Part shown: positions 62,622-64,000 of the stretch, in pieces | Layout of the letters: the number at the start of each line of letters is the position of its first letter | Numbering within the stretch: the stretch's first letter is position 1 | NCBI RefSeq assembly: GCF_009914755.1 | Contig: NC_060948.1 | Length of the DNA stretch: 64,000 bases | Direction: 5' to 3' (one strand) | From: the human T2T-CHM13v2.0 reference genome, Homo sapiens | The notes under the pieces: generated by a model | The model's input: only the letters and a program-made list of their open reading frames with translations | Database searches by the model: none | Told to the model about the DNA's origin: nothing | Program-made: the position numbers and the translations under genes

Positions 62622-64000
62622 ATACGTATACATTATGTATATAATCATATACAGTATCATATATATAATATATATAACCTATGTATAATATTGTTTTACA
62701 TCCTGCATCTTATATTATATATATTGTGTAAAATATAATAATTGATAATATATAAGTTTTATATTTATACAATATGACATATAGTATATATTATAATTTA
62801 TGACATATATAATATATGTTATATATCATATATAGAATATATTATACGGTTAATATACGTATTAAATATAAATTATACATTATATATATTATATATAATA
62901 TATCTGCTATATATAATACCCATTATGCATAATATATATATTATGTCTATGTTATGTATAGTATAAAACAACATATAATAATATATAATTGTATATATAA
63001 AATGCGACATATAATATATATTATATTTTATGACACCTGTAATATATATTATATATTATATATAATACGTTGTATGTATAATACCTATATTAAATATATA
63101 TTATATGACTATGTTATTAATTACATGTCACATATGTTATATATTATATATTTTACATAGAATATACCGGTTATATACAATATATACTATGTTACCTATA
63201 ATGTATAATTTATTACATGTAAAATAAAGAATGCAATATATTATGTGTAATTTATAATATACAATATGTGGAATGTGATATATATAACATATAATATATG
63301 ATATATGATATACAGTATATGATATATAACATACAATATATGATACCTAACATATATGGTATACAATATATATTTTATGATATGTATTCTCTATGTTTTA
63401 TATTCTGTTATATATAACTATTTGAAATTATATATAACTGTGTAATATTTTATGTAAATATGTAATATAATATATATAACTATATAATATATTATATATA
63501 ACTATATATTATGTTATATATACTTTTATAACATAATTTACATAAAATATCATAGTATAATATATATTTTATTATTTCATATTACATAATATATATTACA
63601 TATCACCCAATATAAGTAACATACATAATATTATAATATAGATTATATTATGTTATATTAAATATCATATATATCATGTATCATATATTCTATAATATAT
63701 ATTATACATTATATAATATGTATGTTGTCTATTATGTGATATATATAACTATATATATAATTATATTATTATACATATAACTAGATAAACATGTAATTCT
63801 ACATATTTTCATTTATACTATATAGAATTATATAATCATATATAATTATTTATATTCTATAAAAAATTATATCATTATATAAATTATAATATATAAAAAT
63901 TATAATATGTACTACAAATATATATATTATATATCATATATGATATAGTAACTTTGTTATATATCATAATACATATAAATGTGTATTATGTTATCTATAA
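62622..64000. repeat. AT-rich subunit (partial, cut by window end)
   Basis: Same AT-rich tract; the array continues past the window. Confidence 0.9.

Overview
The whole 64 kb window is one uninterrupted head-to-tail tandem array of a ~2420-bp unit (26.4 copies, all in the same orientation). Each unit has three parts: a ~1.56-kb extremely AT-rich degenerate (TA)-like tract, a ~292-bp diverged 5'-truncated Alu on the minus strand, and a ~570-bp more GC-rich unique segment (HSATI-type). This architecture, the unit length and a predicted ~2146-bp HaeIII fragment match the human DYZ2 / HSat1B satellite, most likely from inside a Yq12 heterochromatin block. I find no credible protein-coding gene, RNA gene or CRISPR array: the ORF track is repeat-derived noise. 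I do not see a new gene system. The informative signal is the array's mutational record: adjacent single-unit duplications, a recently expanded ~30-kb homogeneous clade with A/B dimer-like higher-order structure and a mutated Alu B-box, mosaic units that match copies 31-44 kb away, deletion-only length variation, and Alu diagnostic positions that look AluSc-like. Units are numbered U1-U26 by their Alu copy. All unit comparisons were made by eye, not by alignment.
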